Shown here: positions 17,591 to 27,197 of the stretch, one piece after another
Layout of the letters: each line of letters begins with the position of its first letter
Numbering within the stretch: position 1 is the stretch's first letter
DNA from: a virus
Reading direction: 5' to 3' (one strand)
Length of the DNA: 64,000 nucleotides
IMG/VR virus record: IMGVR_UViG_3300017917_000601
Location: 1 to 64,000 of that record
Notes under the pieces: generated by a model
The model's input: only the letters and a program-made list of their open reading frames with translations
Databases searched by the model: none
What the model was told of the DNA's origin: nothing
Made by a program: the position numbers and the translations under genes

Positions 17591-19186
17591 TCATAAATTA
17601 CTTGAAACAAATATGGGTAGCGGAGGCTCCCAATCTTCTTCGTGCCCAGAGTTAACGCTTAAACTTTCAAAAACTGCTGGGTCCCAGTCTGCTAAAATAA
17701 CACTCATACGCACAATTAGTAACAAAGCCGCAACAAGGTCATCGTGCTGGCCATCTTTAGCTTTAAAGCTAACTCCGCTTGCAATATAAGTTTTTAATTC
17801 GCTGATTAATATTCTACTATTCAGCTTCATCTTGTCTTCTTCAATAAGGAATTTTAATCTAGCACATGCTGAAATTTTGTTACTAAATGTAGTGTTAAAT
17901 CCCTTGCGAAACTTACGAACGTGTCCTTTTCTAACAGGTTCGCTTACAAATAATCCTGGAAAAGTTTCTTCTCCTAGGTCTTGAATAACAACCAGCGCGG
18001 CTTCCCCAACTGTGTTATTTTCTACACTCCAGTAAAGGTTGTTATTATATCCTGCACCGCATTCAGATTCAATGTATTTTAAAACATCTCTAAATATTTT
18101 AACCTGTTGCTGTATTGGTGTAATATTGTGTTGCCATTCAGCAACTTGTGTAAAACTTGGCAATTCAAATACTTGAATACCTGCATAGTCACCGCCTGTT
18201 CCTAAGCATGGATCCAATGCCGCTAGGTAAATTTGTCCAGGTTGTGGTTTCTTAAACCATCTAACCTGTCCCATTTTAAATACTGGTTCTTTTCCTAACA
18301 ACTCGCTAAGTTTAATACTGTTGATTAGCGTTTCATCAAATACTAAGAATTCGCAACCATACTCTCGGCGGAATCGTTCTTCGCCAATACGACCCATTTC
18401 ATTTCTTCGCCATTCGTCATCGCGGTCTGGGTGTTCATGCCATTCTGCTCTAAAACCATGGAAGCCGTTGCGACCGATCAAATCTTCTTTAGCGTTGCCG
18501 TATTCGTCAAATAAGTCCTGGCTTTCTTTCCAAATTGTAGCAAATGTATCTTCGTCGCTGTTAGGTGTTGATGTAATAATTGCCTTACCACCAGTTGCTA
18601 GTGTAGGAGAAATAGAAGTCCAAAACTCTTCGGCAATGTTAGGCTGTACGAATGCAAACTCGTCGCAGTATAGTAATGAAATAGACATACCACGACCAGT
18701 TGTACCAGTTGTTGTTTGACTTACAATACGTGAACCGTTATCAAATTCAATTGACCCTTTGTTGTAACTAACAACACCACAACGTATGTAATCAGCACAC
18801 AATTCATATCCATAACGGATACGTTGCATAATTTCTTGAGCACCTGTATATTTGTGCGCGGCAACTAATACAGTTTGATCAGGATGAAACATAGCATACC
18901 ACAACAGGTAACCCGCCGCACAAGTAGTCTTACCACTTTGACGTGGCATCATGTTGATGTTAAAGCGATAATCGTGGTATGAATGTAGTAAACGCTCTTG
19001 ATATTCAAAAGGTTCGAATTTAACTTTACCCCGGACCGGATGTTGGATATGAAAGAAGTTTTTAACAAAGTGCATGTACCCTTCTACGGGGTCAGCACAC
19101 ATCAACAAGTCTTGCACTTGTTCTTCTGTAAACTTTTCTTTGGTATGCGCCTTTTTGGTTAAGACGCCATCTAAACTTTTTGCCAT
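17591..19186 (-). CDS. gp17: Terminase large subunit, T4 gp17-like
   Basis: YQ motif, PRQSGKTT, LLYCDEFAF, ITSTPN, nuclease ALDP...GGDY, VENN, HDDLV. Confidence 0.96.
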   Translation of the reverse strand: MAKSLDGVLTKKAHTKEKFTEEQVQDLLMCADPVEGYMHFVKNFFHIQHPVRGKVKFEPFEYQERLLHSYHDYRFNINMMPRQSGKTTCAAGYLLWYAMFHPDQTVLVAAHKYTGAQEIMQRIRYGYELCADYIRCGVVSYNKGSIEFDNGSRIVSQTTTGTTGRGMSISLLYCDEFAFVQPNIAEEFWTSISPTLATGGKAIITSTPNSDEDTFATIWKESQDLFDEYGNAKEDLIGRNGFHGFRAEWHEHPDRDDEWRRNEMGRIGEERFRREYGCEFLVFDETLINSIKLSELLGKEPVFKMGQVRWFKKPQPGQIYLAALDPCLGTGGDYAGIQVFELPSFTQVAEWQHNITPIQQQVKIFRDVLKYIESECGAGYNNNLYWSVENNTVGEAALVVIQDLGEETFPGLFVSEPVRKGHVRKFRKGFNTTFSNKISACARLKFLIEEDKMKLNSRILISELKTYIASGVSFKAKDGQHDDLVAALLLIVRMSVILADWDPAVFESLSVNSGHEEDWEPPLPIFVSSNL

Positions 19187-19191
19187 AACTT

Positions 19192-19197
19192 TATTTA
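19192..19197 (-). promoter_or_regulatory. Late promoter core TAAATA for terL
   Basis: TAAATA-aagtt-ATG immediately after a terminator. Confidence 0.65.
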
Positions 19198-19200
19198 CAT

Positions 19201-19228
19201 AAAAAAAGGGGCCGAAAAGCCCCTTTTT
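19201..19228 (-). terminator. Intrinsic (potentially bidirectional) terminator
   Basis: AAAAAGGGGC-CGAAAA-GCCCCTTTTT. Confidence 0.85.
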
Positions 19229-19245
19229 GGTCTAATTATTTTTTA

Positions 19246-19770
19246 TTATCTAGACTTAACTTCTTGGTAAAGATTAGAAAGATGTGCAACTAAACTTTCG
19301 CTAACACCTGGTTGCATCGGGTTTCCGCCACCGTTTACTTTTTCAGCTTCTGCGCCTTTGCTTGCTAAGTCGTCGCCGGTTGGTGTTACTGCATCTAAAC
19401 CTGCTACAGCTTCTTCTGGTTCGTTAGCATATTCTTCCATGCCGATAACCATTGCTTTGTCAGCATCTCCGCCGCCTTGTTCAATATTCTTAAGAATAGC
19501 CATTAGGTCCCGGATGCCGCCGGCGCCGCTGCCATTCATGCTAACATTCATAGTTACTGAATCTTGTTGTCTTGGAGCTGACATACCGGCCATAGGGCTC
19601 ATCATTCCGCCACATTCTTCAACCTCTGTGTCCATCAACGGTTGATCAGTAGTTGACATTGTTCCGCCTTCATCCATATCATCGTCAGAATCTTTTTTAG
19701 TATAAGAATCTGATGATTCTAGATTTTCATCTAGTGCGGCAATTTTTTTGTATAAATCTTGGAAGTTCAT
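19246..19770 (-). CDS. Very acidic low-complexity protein, probable prohead core/internal protein
   Basis: D/E/G/M rich; LDE/N, VEE/C, VSE/S candidate processing sites. Confidence 0.55.
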   Translation of the reverse strand: MNFQDLYKKIAALDENLESSDSYTKKDSDDDMDEGGTMSTTDQPLMDTEVEECGGMMSPMAGMSAPRQQDSVTMNVSMNGSGAGGIRDLMAILKNIEQGGGDADKAMVIGMEEYANEPEEAVAGLDAVTPTGDDLASKGAEAEKVNGGGNPMQPGVSESLVAHLSNLYQEVKSR

Positions 19771-19775
19771 AATTT

Positions 19776-20309
19776 TTATCCTTTGGCTACAGGAGCCTTA
19801 TCTGCTAAGAGTTGATCATTAACTCCCTTGTATTGCTCGCCGCCATGTTTAATCTTGTTTAGGTCTTTTAATAAGCTCATGACTCTTTTTTCGCCTACTG
19901 CTTTTTGACCTTCTGCATTTGTTTCGTATTCCTTCATTAGAAGAGCTTCACCTGACTTTTCATCGTGCTGGTGATTTAAAACTTCTTCTGCTTCTTCCAT
20001 TGGTGTGCGTACTTTAACGCAATCTAAACTGCAACCACACTTCTCAGCAATTAAAGCGCGAACAGTCTGTGAATTAGTTGGGTATGCTGTGCAAACATCA
20101 AATATAGTTACGTTTGTATTTTTAATTGTTGGAAAATCTGAATGTGTTTCTGCAATAGGCAAACGCTTACCAGCAGAGCATTTTTCTACTTTGTATTGAG
20201 ATAGCGCCATTTTAATTTTGTCGCCAGCTTTTTCGTAGTCTCCTGCAAGTTTAACTTTAAACTCGTAGACTTTCTTACTTTCTGTTAGATATTCCTTAAA
20301 TGTTTTCAT
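19776..20309 (-). CDS. Putative internal head protein (start MKTFKEYLTES)
   Basis: N-terminus resembles the T4 capsid-targeting sequence MKTYQEFIAE; TAAATA and AGGA upstream. Confidence 0.6.
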   Translation of the reverse strand: MKTFKEYLTESKKVYEFKVKLAGDYEKAGDKIKMALSQYKVEKCSAGKRLPIAETHSDFPTIKNTNVTIFDVCTAYPTNSQTVRALIAEKCGCSLDCVKVRTPMEEAEEVLNHQHDEKSGEALLMKEYETNAEGQKAVGEKRVMSLLKDLNKIKHGGEQYKGVNDQLLADKAPVAKG

Positions 20310-20326
20310 AGCATAATCCTGATACA

Positions 20327-20821
20327 TTATTTATTCATATTTTTAAGTTTCTCAATTAGGCTATTACGATCTGCAATAATATACCCATCTCCATTGAGGT
20401 TAATTCCGTTTTCTTCGCTAGTATTTGCATCCTGGTCTAGCTTTTGCTTCTTAATTTGTAGCTCAATCATCTTTAATTTTTTATCAATTTTAGCTGATTT
20501 AGCGTCAATGGCATTCTTAAGCATAGTGCCAGCAACTTCAAAAATACGAGCACTATAGCGAGCTTCTACGTTCATTCCTAAATCAATTAGGTCATCATAC
20601 GCATCTGTAGCACGTTGAGCAAGTGAGTCAAACTCACTATCTGCTAGATCTCCAAGACCTTCTACTTTTGGTAGGGCCGCAGATATTTTATCAAATTCAG
20701 AAATATCTCTTAGCAAAGGCTGTGCGTTTGATTTAGCTTCCTTTTGCTTTTTCTTTTCTTCTGCTTTGATAATTTCTTTACTTGCAGGTAAGTTTAATAT
20801 TTCTTCAAGTTTCTTAGTCAT
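20327..20821 (-). CDS. Probable terminase small subunit, gp16-like
   Basis: Helical AYDDLIDLGMNVEARYSARIFEVAGTMLK segment, C-terminal DRNSLI, size and location. Confidence 0.6.
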   Translation of the reverse strand: MTKKLEEILNLPASKEIIKAEEKKKQKEAKSNAQPLLRDISEFDKISAALPKVEGLGDLADSEFDSLAQRATDAYDDLIDLGMNVEARYSARIFEVAGTMLKNAIDAKSAKIDKKLKMIELQIKKQKLDQDANTSEENGINLNGDGYIIADRNSLIEKLKNMNK

Positions 20822-20829
20822 AAACGTAC

Positions 20830-21267
20830 TTATCCGTTTCCATTATGGAACAAATCATTTTCGCTCACAATTCTAAACTTAATTCCCTGTTGTTTGCACC
20901 ACAAGTTTGCTGCCGCCCACTTTGCTTGGTTTTTTACAAACTGTGCTTGATTATACTTGTTTTTACCAACACGCTCTAGGATAGCTTGACTTGCAGGTTT
21001 AATTTCTATTAACTCAACATGCATTCTGTTATTTTTATCAACATACTGAATAAAGAAATCAGGCACGTAAATTGTTTGACGCCCGGTTAACGGATCACGG
21101 TAAGGTATTTGTACAGCTTCACTTGCCCATTTTTGTACGCTAGGATTAGTGTCGCAAAATCTCATAAAACTCCATTCCCAGCTACTACGATATGTGGGTA
21201 CCTTTGTACCTACATACTTTTCTGGGTTGGTCATTGTAAACTTACCTTTTGCAAACTTAGTAGCCAT
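20830..21267 (-). CDS. gp4: Head completion nuclease, T4 gp4-like (TnsA-like PD-(D/E)xK)
   Basis: NPEKYVG, YRSSWE, WASE..IPY, YVPDF, IEIKP, KWAAA. Confidence 0.9.
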   Translation of the reverse strand: MATKFAKGKFTMTNPEKYVGTKVPTYRSSWEWSFMRFCDTNPSVQKWASEAVQIPYRDPLTGRQTIYVPDFFIQYVDKNNRMHVELIEIKPASQAILERVGKNKYNQAQFVKNQAKWAAANLWCKQQGIKFRIVSENDLFHNGNG

Positions 21268-21632
21268 TACACTAAAATATTTCTACTCTCAAACTCGTTA
21301 CCAGTCTGTTCAATTCTATAGCCTAATAAACTTGTATTTTCTCTATAGGCATTTAAGACTTGTGCAACTACTTGACTGAGTTGAACGTCTGTTAATGATT
21401 TTAAAGATTCTACTAGTTGAAAAACATTTACATTGTCTGCTCTTGCCTGATTTAATAAAACAATTCCTGTGCTTCTAGCACTTTGCAGATCAAACCCTTT
21501 GCTAAGGAAAAATCCCACAACTGCATCAATTTGGTTGCTAGGAAAACTTACTTTAGATTGATAAAATTTATCAAAGAATTCTTTTACTTCTAATGTTGAA
21601 TCTGAGGCAGTAGACGGTAAATTGCTTGACAT
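21267..21632 (-). CDS. Hypothetical protein
   Basis: Co-oriented and coupled with gp4. Confidence 0.75.
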   Translation of the reverse strand: MSSNLPSTASDSTLEVKEFFDKFYQSKVSFPSNQIDAVVGFFLSKGFDLQSARSTGIVLLNQARADNVNVFQLVESLKSLTDVQLSQVVAQVLNAYRENTSLLGYRIEQTGNEFESRNILV

Positions 21633-21636
21633 ATTA

Positions 21637-22626
21637 TTATCCTAGATTTGCTGGAGTTGCGACAGTTGGATTGTCTTTGTTTGTTGATACGGTAGGAAAC
21701 TGAAATCCAGTAAGGCCGTTAAGATTTGTAGGTGTAGCTTGTATTAAACTAACACTACCGGATGTTGCTGGAGATTCTTTATCTTTAGTGTTCTGATATG
21801 TGCTTAACTGCTGTGATAAAACACTTACACGCTCTTGTGATATGTCAGTGCCTTGTTGCGCCAGTGACGGGTTTATTCTCTCACTAGAGCCTGCTCCTAC
21901 TAAAGGACTTGGTGTTTTGTCGTAATGTTCTAAACCAAAACCTTCTGGTTCACCTTCAGTTACTACGCCACTACCATACGCAACAGCTTCGTAAGAAATT
22001 TGCATAGTGTTATCGTGGCCGCCGGGTTGACCGTAATCTACTTTATTATGATTGAAACTTGATATAATTGGATTTTGTAAAGTATAACTGACAAATTCAT
22101 GTCTAGCCATTTGGTATATGGTAATGTAGTTAAAAAATGGTTGCGTACTACCGTTATCAAGACCGAATGTATTGTTTATGTAATTAAAATTCTTTGTAGC
22201 AGTTCTGTTATAAGCACCTGGTGCAGTAGCTGATATAGGATCAGCATAGTAGTAACTGTAATAGTTTTGCCAAAGTGCGTTAATTAGCCCCATGTTATCG
22301 TCATGGAACAGTATGTTAATTGGATTGTATCTATGTGTTGTTTGTATGTTCTTTTTTCTGTTATACTGATTAAGTGTTTCAACAGTTACCGTGTAGTTAG
22401 GAAGATCAACACTTTTAACTAACACATTAATTTCATTTTTATAGCGTTCTACTAGTGCGGGATCTGCAAGAGCATTTCTATTAATACCAAACGACACATG
22501 AAAAAGAAATTTGTGTTTAGGAGCAAGCCTAAACTGATCATTGACAAATACTCGAGATGCGTGTTGAGGATCTCGAAGTAAAACAGTCGAGGTATTATTG
22601 AGAAATGAACTAGGTGTGAATGCCAT
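21637..22626 (-). CDS. Tail-tube-like baseplate protein (gp54/gp48-like)
   Basis: VKSVDLPNYTV...NQYNRK...YNPINILFHDD tube-fold pattern; follows the tube gene; TAAATA 5 nt before the ATG. Confidence 0.65.
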   Translation of the reverse strand: MAFTPSSFLNNTSTVLLRDPQHASRVFVNDQFRLAPKHKFLFHVSFGINRNALADPALVERYKNEINVLVKSVDLPNYTVTVETLNQYNRKKNIQTTHRYNPINILFHDDNMGLINALWQNYYSYYYADPISATAPGAYNRTATKNFNYINNTFGLDNGSTQPFFNYITIYQMARHEFVSYTLQNPIISSFNHNKVDYGQPGGHDNTMQISYEAVAYGSGVVTEGEPEGFGLEHYDKTPSPLVGAGSSERINPSLAQQGTDISQERVSVLSQQLSTYQNTKDKESPATSGSVSLIQATPTNLNGLTGFQFPTVSTNKDNPTVATPANLG

Positions 22627-22673
22627 AATAATATTTATTCAAAGAATAAACTGCGTAGTTAATAGATATCTAT

Positions 22674-22702
22674 AAAAAAGCCCAGTAACCTGGGCTCTTT
22701 TA
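22674..22702 (-). terminator. Intrinsic terminator after the tail tube gene
   Basis: AGCCCAG-4 nt-CTGGGCT plus T run. Confidence 0.8.
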
Positions 22703-23326
22703 TTATCTTGCGCCTGCGCCAGTTGCGGCAGTTCCAACACGTCTTGTTGTTGGAGCACTTGCACCACCACTAGTTTGAATACAGTTATCAGGTTGAATTG
22801 TTAAATCAATTGTTAACATAGTCTGATCACCGTAGCCTAATGTATTATAGTTAGCGGCAGTTACGTAACAACCGTAGCATTCCCATGTTTCTAGAACGCT
22901 AGGAGTATTAGCACCGTTACCACCGTCTAGCATTTCAATACGCATTAGGAACTTGTAGTCACCGCCTGCGGCTGCTGAACTCTGTTCAAAGAAGTCAAAC
23001 TGCTTTTGCATCTGTTCGCCAACTAGTTTACTAACTGCACCAGTTACATCGTCACGTAACTTAATTGTTAGAGGTTGCCATGTAGGACGGCCTGCATAGT
23101 TAATTGTTGAGTTGTAAACCATAATTTTTTGGTTCTCAAAACTAACGTTTGGACGAGCCGCATCTTGTACTTGCTTTGTCAATTCAGTTGTTGGTGTTGA
23201 TACGCCAAAGTTTTCAAACATCACTCTAAAGCGATATTTGAGCTTCGGCATCAACATACCTTGTGAGCTAGCTGATTGATCACTAGCTAAAGGTACTGTA
23301 AATTTTGTTAAACTTGCGATTGCCAT
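22703..23326 (-). CDS. gp19: Tail tube protein, gp19-like
   Basis: PKLKYRFRV, RPNV, YAGRPTWQPLTIKLRDD, ETWECYGC; directly after the sheath; GGAG SD. Confidence 0.85.
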   Translation of the reverse strand: MAIASLTKFTVPLASDQSASSQGMLMPKLKYRFRVMFENFGVSTPTTELTKQVQDAARPNVSFENQKIMVYNSTINYAGRPTWQPLTIKLRDDVTGAVSKLVGEQMQKQFDFFEQSSAAAGGDYKFLMRIEMLDGGNGANTPSVLETWECYGCYVTAANYNTLGYGDQTMLTIDLTIQPDNCIQTSGGASAPTTRRVGTAATGAGAR

Positions 23327-23343
23327 TTTCTATGCTCCGTTAA

Positions 23344-26300
23344 TTATTGTAGACCTTTAATTTCGCCAGTGTTCTTCAAGCGTAAAGGAATGTAAATGAA
23401 TTCCACAGCCTTAACTGGTTCAATCGCAACGTCTAGATACAACTCATTACGGTCAATTCTTGCAGGAGTGTTGTTGCTTGTATCGCAAACTACAATGTAG
23501 TCATAGATAGCACGTTGTCCTACTAGTTCTAGTAATAAGTTTTCAGCCGCGCCTTTGATTTCGTCACGTGTGATCTTATCATTTGGTTCAAACACATATG
23601 GCTTAGCTAATTGTGCAAACTGTCTACGTAGATAAACTACTAGACGTGCTACGTTGATACGATCTAACGAGCTTGCATTCTTAGCACGAGTGTATTGACC
23701 GTAGTTAACAAGTCCTGTGCCTGTAATGAATGTAATTGGGTTAACTTTAATACCTGCTAGTGTATCACGTTGGCCGTTGTTTAGTGCTACTGATTGGAAT
23801 TCTCCTTCAGCATCAACATAGCCAACTGCTGTAGCGTTAGTAATACCGCCACGGCGTGTTCCGGCTGGTGCAAACCATGGATAGCTAACTTGGTCGTTTA
23901 ACGCAATAGTTCTTAGCATCATGTGGCTTGGTGGTACAACAACGTTGTTTCCTAAGTTGTCACTTGTAAATCCCCATGGATAAAACACACCCAAGTATTC
24001 GTCACTACTTACTAATCCAGCATCACCGTCTTCTGTGGCGCCGTTAACGTTCTTACCCCAGTTATTTAAACTTGTTGCATCTGAAGCAAGTCTTGCTGGT
24101 GTGTCACCAACAACAAACGCTGTTTGGCCGCGGTCAGTGTTTAAACTAACCATTTCGCTAATTAACTCAGGATATCCTGGGCAAGCAATTAAGTTAAACA
24201 CACGTGATTCTTCATCACGGATCTGTTGGTTACTGTTAACAAGTGCTTGTAGAGCTTGTACAACCACAGCACGTTGAGCCTTACGGCCAAATGTGCCGGC
24301 GCCGTTTGTTTGGTTAGCACTTTCAGTTACCCAACGATGTGGGTAGTAGTTAGACATACTAGTATTACGATAACGAGGATTATCAGCAGTTAAGTCAACT
24401 ACATCACGCTTAAATCTTTTAACGTTAAATCCGCTACGACGTAAGTTCCATAGCAACATACCACGTGGATATAGTGCTGGATCTGGAGCATCTGGATCTA
24501 AGAAATCACTTGATAGCAACTCTTGGATTGTGCTGTTAGTAGGAGCAGTTGGTGAACCGCCATCTACACCCCAACGTGCATCGCGGAATAAAATACCGTC
24601 TTCTGTTGTTTGATCACCAGTGTCTACTAGTACCCACTTACCTAAATTTCTGTTGTACTTATAGAGTTTTGGGAAATTTTCTAAATCACTAGTATCGACC
24701 CATAAGTCGCCGTTTACTAGTGGTGTTCCGTCAGTTTGTGTCTTAGGACGGGTTGCACTAATAATTGGACCGCTTGAATCAGTCTTGTCGCTCGGTGTAG
24801 CGGTAAAATATGGACTACTAAATGTAGTTGTACCGTTACCTTCAAACTGGTAGCCAACCCATGTACGGCCGTTGTGTACAAGAATATCTACTTGATCAAT
24901 TAGGCTGTTGTACCATAATTGATTGTCTGGAGCTTCTGTTGTTGGTGCATTTGCTGAAGCAATAATGTCAGCGTATGGACTCCATAAAGAAGCAACTGTT
25001 GTACCTGCAACTGCACCGCTATAGTAGTTAACTGTTCCGGTGTATGATTGTGTTCCTTGATTGTATGCGTAAGGTGTAAACAAATCTGCTAACGGAGTAT
25101 TAGTTCCGTCAACAAATACAATGTCTCCGCCGTCGTTGTGTCGAATAACAATTTCACCTGTAGCCGCAATACTTGCACTTACACTTGAGCCAACTGGCAT
25201 AGCCGCGTTAAATGTTGTTACAAATGTCTGAGCACTGTCACTTGCACCCGAAGCAATATTAAAAGAGACAGTAACTGGGCTAGTTAATTGGTCGCTGTTT
25301 CTTATAGTTTCTCGAACTGTAAAGTCGTAATTATTGCCGGTGAGTCCGCCTGGTAAAGAAGGATTTAACCCTGATATAATTGTAGTTGCACCCGCTGTTC
25401 TACGAGCATATATTTTAAAAGTTGCAAAATCTGGGCGGCCGCCAGTTGTTGTTTCTGCAACGTTTGTTTTAACATAAAGCGAACCTTGTGTTAAATTAAT
25501 GCCGCCACCTGCCGAGTCGAGACCCTTAATTGCGGCTGCGTTTGTTGGGAACAACGGAGCAGTTTTTTCAACCCAGCTTCCAGTAGTTGCATCATAAACT
25601 TTAACACGCCAACGAGCACCTAAATTGGGCTCAGTTGTTTTAACCCAAACAGAACCTGTAGCAAGTCCGTCGTTAAATGTTGATGGGAACGCAACACGTT
25701 TAAATTGCGGTACATCGTAGTGCGGAGTAATTTGTAGTGCAGGAGCCTTGTACGTTCCAGCAACTAAACCAAGTTTTGATAATGCAGTTCCGCTTAGTGT
25801 AATGTCTGTGCCAGTTGAATATAGTTCTAATCTATTATTAATAATTTCGGCGCTTACGCCAGGTACCACGTCCGGGTTTCCTCCTTGTGTTCCGGGAGTT
25901 CCTGTATCGTAGTCTATTGTAGAATCAAGCGCAGTATTAATGTCTGTTACTAGAGTTGATAAACTAGTATGGCCTGTAAATTGATAGTTTTGGCTGTTTA
26001 CAGTAATTGTTAATGTATCACCGGATAGCAGTGTTGGGCTAGCAACTGTTCCTTGTGCTGTTGGCCAACTTGCTCTCCATGTTGGTGTTCCTACTTGTAC
26101 CCAGATCCCTGCCGGTGTACGTGTACGAGACTTCTTATACCATAAAGAATAAGTGCCGTTGTCGGCTACGATTGCATAATCGCCGATTGCACCAATGCTT
26201 GCTAATGGAGCACCGTTGCTGATTTTAGCTGGGTCAGTAATAACTGTTGGGATCTTATTTTGAAATGTCTGTCCGTTAGTAACGTTAGCTTCAGAGCCGT

Positions 26301-26751
26301 TCCACTGGAAAATACCAAAAGCTGAATTAGCAGTATCAAACCAATACTGGCCGTCTTCTGGCGCACCGGCTGGTGCATCTGCTCTTGCTTCTAATTGTCC
26401 TAGGTCTATATCAGCACGTACAACATACGCACGATTGCTAACTCCTAGGTAACTGTAAGCAGTCTGGAGACCGTATTCGTTTTGCTCTCCAGCGTGAATT
26501 GGGTTGTTGTTTGCATCTGTTTTAAATACAGGTGTACCAAATGTATCTGCTAAATCTTTCTGACTAGTTAGCAAATAAACTTTACCTGAATTTGCGGCAA
26601 GTGTTCCTGGCGCTGTGCCTGTGCCTGCACCGTTTTGCTTGTCCTGTTCGGAAGCAACGATAATTAAAGGGGTTGTTCCAGGTGCGGCAGGGGTATAGAA
26701 ACTTTCATCTATTACTGATACGCTTACGCCTGGTGAACTTAGTTGGGCCAT
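23344..26751 (-). CDS. gp18: Contractile tail sheath protein, gp18-like, with large insertion (start MAQLSSPGV)
   Basis: SPGVSVSVIDES N-terminus; FYPW, PWFAPAGTRRG, DRINVARL, VFEPND, IEPVKAVEFIYI C-terminus. Confidence 0.95.
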   Translation of the reverse strand: MAQLSSPGVSVSVIDESFYTPAAPGTTPLIIVASEQDKQNGAGTGTAPGTLAANSGKVYLLTSQKDLADTFGTPVFKTDANNNPIHAGEQNEYGLQTAYSYLGVSNRAYVVRADIDLGQLEARADAPAGAPEDGQYWFDTANSAFGIFQWNGSEANVTNGQTFQNKIPTVITDPAKISNGAPLASIGAIGDYAIVADNGTYSLWYKKSRTRTPAGIWVQVGTPTWRASWPTAQGTVASPTLLSGDTLTITVNSQNYQFTGHTSLSTLVTDINTALDSTIDYDTGTPGTQGGNPDVVPGVSAEIINNRLELYSTGTDITLSGTALSKLGLVAGTYKAPALQITPHYDVPQFKRVAFPSTFNDGLATGSVWVKTTEPNLGARWRVKVYDATTGSWVEKTAPLFPTNAAAIKGLDSAGGGINLTQGSLYVKTNVAETTTGGRPDFATFKIYARRTAGATTIISGLNPSLPGGLTGNNYDFTVRETIRNSDQLTSPVTVSFNIASGASDSAQTFVTTFNAAMPVGSSVSASIAATGEIVIRHNDGGDIVFVDGTNTPLADLFTPYAYNQGTQSYTGTVNYYSGAVAGTTVASLWSPYADIIASANAPTTEAPDNQLWYNSLIDQVDILVHNGRTWVGYQFEGNGTTTFSSPYFTATPSDKTDSSGPIISATRPKTQTDGTPLVNGDLWVDTSDLENFPKLYKYNRNLGKWVLVDTGDQTTEDGILFRDARWGVDGGSPTAPTNSTIQELLSSDFLDPDAPDPALYPRGMLLWNLRRSGFNVKRFKRDVVDLTADNPRYRNTSMSNYYPHRWVTESANQTNGAGTFGRKAQRAVVVQALQALVNSNQQIRDEESRVFNLIACPGYPELISEMVSLNTDRGQTAFVVGDTPARLASDATSLNNWGKNVNGATEDGDAGLVSSDEYLGVFYPWGFTSDNLGNNVVVPPSHMMLRTIALNDQVSYPWFAPAGTRRGGITNATAVGYVDAEGEFQSVALNNGQRDTLAGIKVNPITFITGTGLVNYGQYTRAKNASSLDRINVARLVVYLRRQFAQLAKPYVFEPNDKITRDEIKGAAENLLLELVGQRAIYDYIVVCDTSNNTPARIDRNELYLDVAIEPVKAVEFIYIPLRLKNTGEIKGLQ

Positions 26752-26783
26752 GTTATGATCTCCATGAATACATATTCTTAATG

Positions 26784-26856
26784 TATTTAGTGGAATTTGG
26801 CTTTTTGTGCCTGTAAAACATACCAAAAAGGGCACGTAAAAGGGCGGTTATAAATA
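26784..26856. promoter_or_regulatory. Divergent late promoters for sheath (-) and HNH gene (+)
   Basis: TAAATA on - at 26784-26789; TATAAATA on + at 26849-26856, 5 nt before ATG 26862. Confidence 0.65.
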
Positions 26857-26861
26857 GTTGT

Positions 26862-27197
26862 ATGCGTCCTTTATGTAAAACCTGCGGTGAAAGACCCTGT
26901 GCTGTAAACTATTATAAGCAAGACAAGATCTTTTATCGAACTAAGTGTGATACTTGTGCAAGAGGTTCAACGCCTAAACAACCTCGTTGGGCTCAGCACG
27001 GATACCAAAAAAAGAACCAGTGCGATAAATGCGGTTATAAGAGTAAGTTTATGGAACAATTTAATGTTTTCCACATAGACGGCAATTTAAACAACTGCCG
27101 CCTAAGTAATCTTAAGACTGTATGTGCAAACTGTCAACGTGTGCTTCATCGTGAAGGTGTTCGCTGGAAGCAAGGTGATTTGACACCAGATCTTTAA
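26862..27197 (+). CDS. Zn-binding HNH endonuclease-like protein
   Basis: Four CxxC pairs; HIDGNLNN...NLKTVCANC. Confidence 0.8.
   Translation: MRPLCKTCGERPCAVNYYKQDKIFYRTKCDTCARGSTPKQPRWAQHGYQKKNQCDKCGYKSKFMEQFNVFHIDGNLNNCRLSNLKTVCANCQRVLHREGVRWKQGDLTPDL

Noticed and set aside
621-19186. Inteins or introns in helicase, UvsW, UvsX or terminase
   Set aside because: The proteins have normal lengths and contiguous motifs
584-22660. ACGCA element near several TAAATA promoters (about 586, 15250, 22652)
   Set aside because: Only three instances with inconsistent spacing; cannot be distinguished from chance without motif statistics
26752-26835. Upstream start extensions in the ORF track (also 5752, 9641, 12288, 17610, 20327, 39706)
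   Set aside because: Promoter and SD positions and conserved N-termini favour the downstream ATGs used here
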